A stretch of 20,723 bases of DNA from Ferroacidibacillus organovorans (GCF_001642725.1 NZ_LSUQ01000044.1:1-20723), one strand, 5' to 3'. Positions 1-9,147 are shown, counted from the first letter of the stretch. A program made the numbers and translations. The notes: generated from the letters alone by a model not told the origin.

Positions 1-276
1 CTCCCACACGCACTTGACATCGTTCGCGTGACGGCAAAGGTCATCAGACAAAACCTTATCTGGGCGCTCTGCTATAACTTGATTGCACAAGCGATTGCTA
101 TCGACGGGTACGCACAACCCGTTCTCGCGGCAGGGGCGATGGTCTTTTCTAGCCTATTTGTATTGGGTAATTCACTCCGCATCGTCGGCTGGTCACCGTG
201 GCGCTATGTACGTCGGATTGGCCTGACATTCGGCGTGGTTTCGATCCTTGCGCTGCTAACGTATTTTCGATTGTAG
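1..276 (+). CDS. Heavy-metal (Cu+-type, P1B) P-type ATPase, C-terminal part only; 5' end lies outside the window
   Basis: Frame 1 is open from base 1 (LPHALDIVRVTAKVIRQNLIWALCYN...AAGAMVFSSLFVLGNSLR). IRQNLxWA, YN and MxxSS...NSLR are the terminal transmembrane motifs of P1B Cu-ATPases. The ORF-track start at 28 is internal. Confidence 0.88.
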   Translation, partial: LPHALDIVRVTAKVIRQNLIWALCYNLIAQAIAIDGYAQPVLAAGAMVFSSLFVLGNSLRIVGWSPWRYVRRIGLTFGVVSILALLTYFRL

Positions 277-298
277 AACACATCTTGGGGGCGGCTTT

Positions 299-1054
299 AT
301 GAATCTGTGGACAGATATCCATCCGTGGAATTCCTGGCGTCCGGACGTCTTTTTTCTGGTTCTTCTCCTTGGCGTGATGTATCAGGTGGTCACTCGTGAG
401 AAAACAAGGTCGCCGGTCTCCTTTTTTCTTGGTCTCCTTCTTTTGTATTTGGCGTTAGGTCCGCTCGCGGCGCTCGGAGAGCGCGCTTCGTTTACGGCAT
501 ACATCATTCAGATGCTCCTCATGACGATGGTGCTTCCTTGGCTGCTCGTTCTCCGTCAACCCGATTTCGTCCTGCGACCACTGCTTGGCATCGGGTGGAT
601 CAAGCGCTTGGTCAGGTACGCGACGCATCCGCTTATCGCGCTGGTCTTTTTCAACGCCCTGCTCACAGCGATGCTGCTTCCCTCCGTTTTGAATCTTGTC
701 GTAACGATAAATTGGTTGCATATCGTAGCGCAGAGCGTCACGGCGCTCGCGGCAATTTGCTTTTGGTGGCCGATTGCCAACCCGCTGCGTGAAGAGAAAG
801 AGCTCACACGTGGACGGAAAATTCTCTACATCATCTACTCGATGAATTTCATGATGCCAATCCTTGTCGCGCTGTTTGTCTCTAATCACTCGTGGTATCA
901 AGATTTGGCGCGCGGCGCGGGACAACTCGGAATAAACGCACTCGCCGATCAGCAGATTGGCAGTGTCGTTATGCTTTGCGCGATGTATCTCGTTTATGGA
1001 ACGATCGGATCGAGAATCTACGTGCGCCAAGATCAATCGGTTTGGTATGAGTAA
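299..1054 (+). CDS. ctaG: Cytochrome c oxidase assembly factor, Caa3_CtaG family membrane protein
   Basis: Polytopic 251-aa protein with family-like segments W.P near the N-terminus, HP.IA...FN, FWWPI..P and DQQIG..M. It lies directly upstream of ctaA-ctaB. Confidence 0.85.
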   Translation: MNLWTDIHPWNSWRPDVFFLVLLLGVMYQVVTREKTRSPVSFFLGLLLLYLALGPLAALGERASFTAYIIQMLLMTMVLPWLLVLRQPDFVLRPLLGIGWIKRLVRYATHPLIALVFFNALLTAMLLPSVLNLVVTINWLHIVAQSVTALAAICFWWPIANPLREEKELTRGRKILYIIYSMNFMMPILVALFVSNHSWYQDLARGAGQLGINALADQQIGSVVMLCAMYLVYGTIGSRIYVRQDQSVWYE

Positions 1055-1130
1055 GGCGGTCATGCATAGAATGAGAAATTTTGAGACAAAGCTATAGGTG
1101 TAGACACATGTGGTTGGAAATTCCTGCAAT

Positions 1131-1135
1131 GGAGG
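1131..1135 (+). promoter_or_regulatory. Shine-Dalgarno site of ctaA
   Basis: GGAGG lies 6 nt before ATG 1142, which is in frame with the ORF at 1277-2104. Confidence 0.8.
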
Positions 1136-1141
1136 ATTTTT

Positions 1142-2104
1142 ATGACCTATAAATTGCCCCTCGCAACAACGCTGTTTCTCTTTTCGCTCTCGGTCATCGG
1201 CGCGCTTGTCGTTGGACTCAATGCGGGATTTGTCTGACCAGACTGGCCACTCTGCAACGGTTCACTGATCCCACCGTTGCATGGGCTTGTGCTCGTTGAG
1301 TACATGCATCGCTTGATCGCGCTGATTGCAAGCATTCTCATTCCGTTCAATGCAATTCACATGTGGTGGATGCATCGGAAAAATCGTTTGACGTCCCGCC
1401 TCGCACTTTTGTCTATGCTTTTTCTCGCACTGCAAGTTGCGCTAGGCGCGTTGATCGTCGTGTTCGTCCTGCCCGGCGCGTTTACAACGATTGATGTGGC
1501 GAATAGTTTCCTACTCCTCATCGTGCTGTCTGCAATGACGGCAGTCGGTTGGCGGGAGCACAGACAAAAGACGAAGCAACCGAGCGCAGAGAAGCTGCAA
1601 ACGGACGCCGATCGCGCAAAACGGTTTCGCCTTCCCGTTTTTTTTGCGCTCGGAACGATCTTTCTTCAATCACTCGTGGGAGGCTATTTTCGTCACTCTG
1701 GGAACAGTCAAGCGCTGTTCGGGCAACATTCGTATTTGCTCAGTCACCATCAACGGCAGGTGCCGAGTGAATTTGAAGCGTTGTTCTGGCTGGTTGTGCA
1801 CATCAGCGTTACGGCGGCTGTTTTCGCGTCCGTCGTATGGCTACTCACGGTGGCCATGCGTTTTGGACAGTATCGCGCGGGTGCGTTTGGCCTCCTTTGG
1901 CTTGTGATCTACCAGATTATCCTTGGGTTCGTGACGCTTCAAACCAAACTCTCCGTCATCTCGGACACGCTTCACTTTGCCGGAGCGAATGCGATGGTCG
2001 GAGTTGCCGGATATCTCGTGGCGCAGGTTCTCCTCGACCTATCGGCGGTGCGCATCGAGGCGCGCGAAAAAACACGGCGCAAGATGGTTCCGGCACACTC
2101 GTAA
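1142..2104 (+). CDS. ctaA: Heme A synthase (COX15/CtaA family), 320 codons, interrupted by an in-frame TGA at codon 32 (1235-1237); either recoded or a pseudogene
   Basis: Manual translation gives MTYKLPLATTLFLFSLSVIGALVVGLNAGFV*PDWPLCNGSLIPPLHGLVLVEYMHRLIA. The G..C(*)PDWPLC.G and E..HR motifs are diagnostic of Cys-pair heme A synthases. LQ..LGA, VVH and TLH follow, and ctaB is adjacent. Confidence 0.92.
1253..1281 (+). other. Perfect 9-bp stem-loop 15 nt downstream of the in-frame TGA (SECIS-like position)
   Basis: TGCAACGGT (1253-1261), an 11-nt loop TCACTGATCCC, then ACCGTTGCA (1273-1281). The inverted repeat is certain; its function is not. Confidence 0.45.
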
Positions 2105-2129
2105 TGCTTATTACAAAGGGGAATCGGGA

Positions 2130-3062
2130 ATGAGATACCGAAAAGCGGTTGCAACGGGCGCACAGGACATGGCCGTCGATGTGCAATCGGGGGGGGCAGT
2201 ACCGCGCACGATAAGAGGTGTCGTGCGCGATTTAATCAACGTGACCAAACCGGGCATCACGATGTCCAATGCGATGATGACGTTTGTAGGTATTTGGCTT
2301 AGCGCAGGCAGACACCCTGCGTTCTCGCTCGCCATGATGACACTTGCCGGCAGCAGTCTCGTGGTGATGGGCGGATGCGCGATGAACAATTTTATGGATC
2401 GGGATATCGATCAGTTGATGACGCGAACGAAAAAAAGGCCACTGCCAAATCAACGGTTGTCTGGTTGGTCGGTGATCTCGCTCGGCGCGCTGCTCGCGTT
2501 TCTTGGCGTCGCCCTGTTGTGCGTCTATGTCAATCTGCTGTCGGCTGTGATGGCGCTGATCGGGTTATTTTTCTATGTGATCGTATATACAGGACTCACA
2601 AAGCGCACGACCACGCTTAGCACCGTGATTGGAAGCGTGTCAGGTGCGATGCCGCCGCTTATCGGCTGGACGGCGATGTCCGGTACGCTTTCTACAGGAG
2701 CGTGGCTGCTCTTTCTCTTTATGTTCATCTGGCAACCTCCGCACTTTTGGGCGCTCAGCATGCGCCGGGTCAAAGAGTACGCGGCGGCAAGGATTCCTCT
2801 TTTGCCAGTCAAATATGGCTTTGCGCCAACCAAACGACAGATCGTCGCGTGGACAGTTCTCTTAGTGCCTGTATCCCTCTTGCTGTATGTCGCGCATGTC
2901 ACAGATGTCTTCTACCTGATTTCCGCACTGCTTCTCGGAGGTGTTTGGATTGTCAAAGCGTTGCGCGGATTGCGCGCCAAAGATGACATCGCATGGGCCA
3001 CAGAGATGTTCAAGTTTTCACTGATCTATCTCACGGGCATGGCGGCCGCGATGGTGATATGA
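2130..3062 (+). CDS. ctaB: Protoheme IX farnesyltransferase (heme O synthase, CtaB/CyoE)
   Basis: Motifs TKPGI, NNFMDRDIDQLMTRTKKRPLP, GAMPPLIGW, WQPPHFWAL and EYAAARIPLLP. ATG 2130 follows AAAGGGG; the ORF-track start at 1977 overlaps ctaA. Confidence 0.96.
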   Translation: MRYRKAVATGAQDMAVDVQSGGAVPRTIRGVVRDLINVTKPGITMSNAMMTFVGIWLSAGRHPAFSLAMMTLAGSSLVVMGGCAMNNFMDRDIDQLMTRTKKRPLPNQRLSGWSVISLGALLAFLGVALLCVYVNLLSAVMALIGLFFYVIVYTGLTKRTTTLSTVIGSVSGAMPPLIGWTAMSGTLSTGAWLLFLFMFIWQPPHFWALSMRRVKEYAAARIPLLPVKYGFAPTKRQIVAWTVLLVPVSLLLYVAHVTDVFYLISALLLGGVWIVKALRGLRAKDDIAWATEMFKFSLIYLTGMAAAMVI

Positions 3063-3094
3063 GCGGAGCCGCACAGATCAGCGAGCTTAAAAGG

Positions 3095-3880
3095 TCACGT
3101 TTGCGATTGAACGACCATGCAGTTTCGCTCTTCGAGCGCCTTGATGAAGTCGACAGGCGCGTCCTGATTTGTAATCAATGCGCGCGGCTCGTACAGGCGC
3201 GCTACGGGTGAGAATGTCACTTTCCCGAATTTACTGCCATCCGCTACGATGTATCCGCTCGTAGCGGTTTTTAGCATCATGGAATCGGTTCGCCCCTCCA
3301 TTAAGTTAGGCGTTGTAAACCCCGCTTGTAAATCAACACCATCCACGCCGACAAACGCGATATCCGCATTCATGTTCTGCAAGGCTTCATCTGCGAGATG
3401 ACCGACTGCGGCGTAGGATCCGTTGCGCACAACGCCGCCGATCATGACGAGCGTGATGTGATCGACTGCCGCGACTTCTGCCGCAATGTTGATGGCTGTT
3501 GTCACGATGGTGATGTCCTGTTTTTTTAGGAGTTCCCGAGCGATGTGCGTGGTGGTTGTTCCTGCGCTTAGAATGACCACTTGCCCGTTTTTCACAAGTG
3601 ATGCGGCAATTTTTGCGATCTCGCGCTTTTCTTGGGTGTGCGTATTCAACTTTTCTTGAAACAACAATTCGAGAGGTTGCGCTGCATTGGCGACAGCCCC
3701 TCCGCGGACGCGGCGAATGAAATTCTGTGACTCTAGAATCTCCAAATCTCTCCGCAGTGTCACTTCACTCACGGCAAACCAATCTCTCAATTGTTCAATT
3801 CGCACTTCTCCGTGTTCTTCTAAATAGGTAACAATAAAGTTGCGACGTTCAAACGCGCTGTGTCCTTCAAGTGTCTCCAT
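3095..3880 (-). CDS. DeoR/GlpR-family transcriptional regulator (AgaR-like context)
   Basis: N-terminal HTH (VSEVTLRRDLEILE...RVRGGA) and a DeoR sensor domain (SAGTTT, ADIAFVGVDG, ADGSKFG). It is divergent from the sugar operon. Confidence 0.95.
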   Translation of the reverse strand: METLEGHSAFERRNFIVTYLEEHGEVRIEQLRDWFAVSEVTLRRDLEILESQNFIRRVRGGAVANAAQPLELLFQEKLNTHTQEKREIAKIAASLVKNGQVVILSAGTTTTHIARELLKKQDITIVTTAINIAAEVAAVDHITLVMIGGVVRNGSYAAVGHLADEALQNMNADIAFVGVDGVDLQAGFTTPNLMEGRTDSMMLKTATSGYIVADGSKFGKVTFSPVARLYEPRALITNQDAPVDFIKALEERNCMVVQSQT

Positions 3881-3894
3881 GGATGTGTGATTCC

Positions 3895-3926
3895 CTTTCT
3901 AAGGGAGTGTCTAATCCCTTAGAAAG
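3895..3926. repeat. Perfect 12-bp inverted repeat overlapping the ribosome-binding site of the DeoR gene
   Basis: CTTTCTAAGGGA (3895-3906), 8 nt, then TCCCTTAGAAAG (3915-3926). Confidence 0.75.
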
Positions 3927-4065
3927 TATTCTAGTACAGATTAACGTATTGCGCTATGAAAAGCAGCGATCGAATGACGTTTCGAATTACTTTCGTTAGT
4001 ATAAAAATATGTTTATTTTTATGTACGAAATGTGTACAAATACGATTGATTGTGATACTGTTCGA

Positions 4066-4081
4066 ATGAAGACGGTTTCAT
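4066..4081 (+). promoter_or_regulatory. Probable cre site (CcpA catabolite-responsive element)
   Basis: ATGAAGACGGTTTCAT is a near-palindrome with central CG. Its 14-mer core has one mismatch to TGWNANCGNTNWCA. It lies about 40 nt upstream of the first gene of a sugar catabolic operon. Confidence 0.62.
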
Positions 4082-4119
4082 AGTTTTGTTTATATAAACG
4101 GATGGAGAGGAAGAGTGCG

Positions 4120-5523
4120 ATGAACGAAGAAGGTAATCAGGCCGGCAAGGGACTCGTTCGCGGAATCAGCCTTTTTCAAGCGACGGCCATCAACATGTCG
4201 CAAATGGTGGGCATTGGCCCATTCATCACGATTCCCTTGATCCTGTCTGCCATGGGAGGGCCGCAAGCGATCTTTGGCTGGATCGCAGGCGCGATTTTGG
4301 CAATGGCCGACGGGCTCGTGTGGAGTGAACTCGGGGCAGCGATGCCCGGCGAGGGTGGTTCTTATGTGTACTTGCGCGAAGCATTCCAGTATCGGTCGGG
4401 AAAAATTATGCCCTTTCTTTTTGTGTGGTCAACACTGATCGCGACGCCGCTGATCATGTCGACCGGAATGATTGGCATGGCAAACTACTTGAGCTTTTTC
4501 TGGCCTGGAATGACAGCGCTTGACACGAAACTCGCGGCTGTCGCCATCACCATCATCACCGTTGCGCTGCTCTATCGCCGAATCAATTCGGTGGGCAGAA
4601 TTACGACCGTGTTATGGGCTGGCATGATTCTAACCGTTTTGATCATGATCGTGGCAGGCGCCACGCACTTTAATCCGCACCTTGCGTTTGCTTTCCCGAG
4701 TAACGCCTTTCTCCCATCAAAGTTTCTTCTGGGACTCGGTGGGGGCATGCTGATCTCGATTTACGATTACATGGGATACTATACGATCTGCTACATGGGG
4801 GATGAAGTTAAAAACCCTGGTAAGACCATTCCAAAGTCTGTCATTTTGTCGATTATTGCAGTAGGTATTATCGATATCTTTATGAATCTCGGCGTGATCG
4901 GCGTTGTGCCTTGGAAAATTGCGATGAACAGCCAGAATATCGGTACGCTTTTTATGCAGGATGTGTGGGGAAAACCGGGCGCTGCAATCATTACGCTCCT
5001 CATTCTTTGGACTGCGTTCGCGTCCGTGTACACAGGGCTCCTTGGTGCGTCTCGACTGCCCTATAACGCGGCTGCCGACGGGCTTTTTTTCCGAAGCTTC
5101 GGGAAGCTTCATGAGAAGTATAACTTTCCACACATCTCGCTGCTTGTCATGGGGTTGATCACAGCGATTTGCTGTTTCTTTAATCTCTCGCAGATCATCA
5201 ACGCGTTGATGGCCGTCGCCATCGTCGTTCAGTTCATGGGGCAGGTTGCGGCGCTCACGGTGCTGCGCAAACGTCAACCCCATCTGCATCGACCGTTTCG
5301 CCAGTGGCTCTACCCGATTCCGAGTATCATCGCGTTTGTGGGTTGGGCCTACGTGCTTTATTCGTCAGGTTGGTCGGCGATTGAACTGGCGATCGGTTGG
5401 ACGGCGCTTGGCGTCATTGCATTCTTAATCTGGGCGTCTCGGGAGAAGCAGTGGCCGTTTGGCGAAAAAATGATTCATGAACCCTACCTGACAGAGCAGG
5501 AGAACGCGGGATCGCAATTTTAA
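4120..5523 (+). CDS. APC-superfamily (amino acid-polyamine-organocation) permease, probable amino-sugar importer
   Basis: About 12 hydrophobic segments with TM1 MVGIGPF, WSELGAAMPGEGGSYVYL, GDEVKNPGKTIP, SRLPY..A.DG.F and RPFR..LYP. ATG 4120 follows GGAGAGG; ATG 4102 is an alternative start. Confidence 0.92.
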   Translation: MNEEGNQAGKGLVRGISLFQATAINMSQMVGIGPFITIPLILSAMGGPQAIFGWIAGAILAMADGLVWSELGAAMPGEGGSYVYLREAFQYRSGKIMPFLFVWSTLIATPLIMSTGMIGMANYLSFFWPGMTALDTKLAAVAITIITVALLYRRINSVGRITTVLWAGMILTVLIMIVAGATHFNPHLAFAFPSNAFLPSKFLLGLGGGMLISIYDYMGYYTICYMGDEVKNPGKTIPKSVILSIIAVGIIDIFMNLGVIGVVPWKIAMNSQNIGTLFMQDVWGKPGAAIITLLILWTAFASVYTGLLGASRLPYNAAADGLFFRSFGKLHEKYNFPHISLLVMGLITAICCFFNLSQIINALMAVAIVVQFMGQVAALTVLRKRQPHLHRPFRQWLYPIPSIIAFVGWAYVLYSSGWSAIELAIGWTALGVIAFLIWASREKQWPFGEKMIHEPYLTEQENAGSQF

Positions 5524-5575
5524 TTGCACCATTGAATTGAGTACAGATGTGAATGCAAAAGGGAGACTGTTTTGA

Positions 5576-6517
5576 ATGACTCATGCACGCGTGGATGATG
5601 AGTTTGCTCCATTTGTCTTGGCGTTCGATTTTGGCGGCACTAAAATTGCCATCGCGACGGCGACGCGTGACGGTGAGATGCTCCAACGCACAGATTTGAG
5701 CACGGTCGCTTACGGAGATGGAAAGACTGCGTTACACCAAGCGATTCTGGCGGGACAAGCGTTGGTTCGGACGACCACGACGCAAACCAGGGGCACCCTG
5801 GTTTGCGTAGGCGTCGCCACGATGGGAATTACCCTTAAGGATCGCGTGCTGATGGCTCCAAACGTTCCCGGATGGGCGGAACTTCGCATGGAGGACAGCT
5901 TTCAAAGTGCCTTTCCGGGTATCGCGATCCAGATTGACAATGATGTGAAGGCGGCTGCGCTTGCGGAGTTGAAAAAAGGTGCGCTGCAAGATGTGGATGT
6001 TGGATTGTTTGTGAATCTGGGTACAGGTATTGCGCTGGCGTACACACTCGAAGGAAAGGTTCTGCAAGGCGCGCACGGAGCTTCCGGGGAAATCGCCTAC
6101 AACTTGCTCACCAAATTCGAACGGGCAGGCGCGCGTGATAACGTTGCGCCGCTGGAAGAATTTGCGGGTGGGAGATCCATTGGAGAGCGTGCCTCGCTCC
6201 ATTTTGGTGAAAAGATGTCGGCGGGGGATCTCTTTCGCAAAGCGCAGTTTGATATGGGCGCCAAACGATGGGTAGAGGAAACTCTGCAAGAAATCGCATT
6301 TCACTTGACCAATGTAATGATCGCCTGGGATCCGGGCGTTGTCGCGTTTGGTGGCGGTTTGATGGGTGCGGGTGATCTTATTTTACCGTATCTGTCAGGA
6401 TATTCAGAGCGCTTTGTTCCTTTTCCTCCGCAATTAAAAATGGCTCATTTTCGCCGCGACGCAGGGTTATACGGTGCCATCGAATTGGCACTTTTGGGAT
6501 GGAGGAAACACTCATGA
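5576..6517 (+). CDS. ROK-family sugar kinase
   Basis: DFGGTK ATP-binding motif, DNDVKAAALAE, NLGTGI and G.HG.SGEI; there is no N-terminal HTH. Confidence 0.92.
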   Translation: MTHARVDDEFAPFVLAFDFGGTKIAIATATRDGEMLQRTDLSTVAYGDGKTALHQAILAGQALVRTTTTQTRGTLVCVGVATMGITLKDRVLMAPNVPGWAELRMEDSFQSAFPGIAIQIDNDVKAAALAELKKGALQDVDVGLFVNLGTGIALAYTLEGKVLQGAHGASGEIAYNLLTKFERAGARDNVAPLEEFAGGRSIGERASLHFGEKMSAGDLFRKAQFDMGAKRWVEETLQEIAFHLTNVMIAWDPGVVAFGGGLMGAGDLILPYLSGYSERFVPFPPQLKMAHFRRDAGLYGAIELALLGWRKHS

Positions 6518-7560
6518 AAAACCACACACTCACAGAAATCAAAAACCAGCCGGCTTCATGGGAACAAACGCTAAAGATCGTCCCTCAGCAGTGGCGTGAC
6601 ATTGAGAAAGGGCTGACCCTCTCACCGAATACGAAGTTTCTTTTTACAGGTTGTGGCACATCGTTCTACCTCGCGCAAAGTGCGGCGCGCCTGTTCCAGA
6701 CGGTGACGGGACACGACGCGTCGGCGGTTCCTGCTTCGGAGATTTTTCTAAACGATATGAGTGTGTTATCGCGCGTGGCGCCAACCGTTGTGTTTGCGAT
6801 TTCGCGATCAGGCACCACGTCTGAAGTGCTGATGGCAGTCGATCACTTGGCGCAGCATCACAGAGCGGTCGACGTAATTGGCGTGACGTGCACAGCGGGC
6901 AGTACGCTTGAAAAAAATACGAGACACCACATGGTCCTCCCCCACGCAGCCGAAGAGTCGGTGGTCATGACCCAATCGTTTACGAATATGCTGCTCGCAA
7001 TCCAGTGGATCGGGGCAGCGCTTGCAATGCGTACGGATCTGATCGAAGAACTCGAGAGGCTGCCAGAACTGGCTGACCAGTCTCTCGCGGGAGCTGAACA
7101 CTTTGGAAAGACGTACGGGGCGGATGATGATCCGTCGTTTATTTTTCTTGGGCTTGGAGCCTATTATGGCCTTGCCGCAGAGGCGACACTCAAACTAAAG
7201 GAAATGACGCAAGTGCCGTGTGAGTATTACAACACGCTCGAGTTTCGTCACGGCCCAATCTCGATCGTGCGCGCCTCGACGCGGGTCATTATTCTGGCGG
7301 ATGAAGCGCACGCAACGTATACTCAGTCCCTTGCACGCGATGTGCGGGCTGTAGAAGGGCAGGTCGTCTGTCTTACGACGCAGTCGAATAGCACGCTTGC
7401 GGCGGAGCGCGGTGTATTTGCATTGCCGGATGGACTGTCCGATTGGAGCCGCGCGGTGCTTTACATGCCAGCGCTGCACTTTCTCGCTTACGAAAAGGCG
7501 ACGCAGCTCGGTTTTGATCCTGACGCGCCGCGCAACCTGAGTCAGGTGGTGATTCTATAA
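6514..7560 (+). CDS. Double SIS-domain sugar-phosphate isomerase/deaminase (AgaS/GlmD/GlmS-isomerase-like)
   Basis: Motifs TLTEIKNQP, GCGTS, ISRSGTTSE, SVVMTQSF, LKLKEM, EFRHGP and PDAPRNL. The start is an ATGA overlap with the ROK stop codon, with GGAGG upstream. Confidence 0.9.
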   Translation: MKNHTLTEIKNQPASWEQTLKIVPQQWRDIEKGLTLSPNTKFLFTGCGTSFYLAQSAARLFQTVTGHDASAVPASEIFLNDMSVLSRVAPTVVFAISRSGTTSEVLMAVDHLAQHHRAVDVIGVTCTAGSTLEKNTRHHMVLPHAAEESVVMTQSFTNMLLAIQWIGAALAMRTDLIEELERLPELADQSLAGAEHFGKTYGADDDPSFIFLGLGAYYGLAAEATLKLKEMTQVPCEYYNTLEFRHGPISIVRASTRVIILADEAHATYTQSLARDVRAVEGQVVCLTTQSNSTLAAERGVFALPDGLSDWSRAVLYMPALHFLAYEKATQLGFDPDAPRNLSQVVIL

Positions 7561-7563
7561 AGG

Positions 7564-8289
7564 ATGAACATTCGTGTCTTTGAGAATCCACAGTTGGCCG
7601 CCGTTTATGCGGCCGCATTGGTCGAGCAAGTCATTCAATCCATCCGCAATCCGGTCTTAGGTTTGGCGACCGGTTCCACGCCAATTCCATTATACGAATC
7701 CCTGGTGTCGTTTCACCGCCAGGGACTGAGTTTCGCGCATGTGACGGCACTCAACCTGGATGAGTATGTCGGGCTTTCAGCTGACCATCCGCAGAGCTAT
7801 CACTTCTTTATGAATGAACACCTTTTTCGACATGTGGATCTTCCGGAAGAGAAGCGATTTCTGCCAAATGGCGCGGCGCCTGATCTGGCACTTGAATGCG
7901 AGCGCTACGATCAGATCATCCGCGAACATCCGATCGATTTGCAGATCCTTGGCATCGGTTTGAACGGGCACATCGGGTTTAATGAGCCGGACGTTGCGCT
8001 CAAAGCGAACACGCACGTTGTGACGCTGGCGCGCGACACGATCGAAGCGAATGCACGCTTTTTTGGCGAACAAGAGCGCGTTCCGACGGAGGCGATCACG
8101 ATGGGGCTGCAGCCGATCCTGATGGCAAAAAAGGTGTTGTTGCTCGCATTCGGACGTGAAAAGGCCGATGCGGTGGTGAACGCGGTGCGTGGAGATGTGC
8201 GCACCTATTCCCCGGCAAGCATTTTGCAAGTACACCCAAATGTCACGTTTATCTTAGATCGCGAAGCGGCATATGTATTGGAGGCGTAA
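7564..8289 (+). CDS. nagB: Glucosamine-6-phosphate deaminase
   Basis: Motifs LGLATGSTP, NLDEYVGL...HPQSY, LGIGLNGHIGFNEP, AITMG and PASILQ.H. Confidence 0.95.
   Translation: MNIRVFENPQLAAVYAAALVEQVIQSIRNPVLGLATGSTPIPLYESLVSFHRQGLSFAHVTALNLDEYVGLSADHPQSYHFFMNEHLFRHVDLPEEKRFLPNGAAPDLALECERYDQIIREHPIDLQILGIGLNGHIGFNEPDVALKANTHVVTLARDTIEANARFFGEQERVPTEAITMGLQPILMAKKVLLLAFGREKADAVVNAVRGDVRTYSPASILQVHPNVTFILDREAAYVLEA

Positions 8290-9147
<858 letters not shown>

Noticed and set aside
1235..1237. Genome-wide UGA reassignment (genetic code 4 or 25) as the explanation for the ctaA TGA
   Set aside because: TGA is the normal terminator of several full-length genes here (ctaB 3062, ROK 6517, PfkB 10101), and Trp is encoded by TGG.
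1277..2104. ORF-track TTG start at 1277 as the true start of ctaA
   Set aside because: It has no SD, lies inside the hairpin, and would drop TM1 and the Cys loop. Homology clearly extends to ATG 1142.
1977..2129. N-terminal extension of ctaB in the ORF track
   Set aside because: It overlaps the ctaA 3' end in another frame and has no family similarity; an SD-like sequence precedes ATG 2130.
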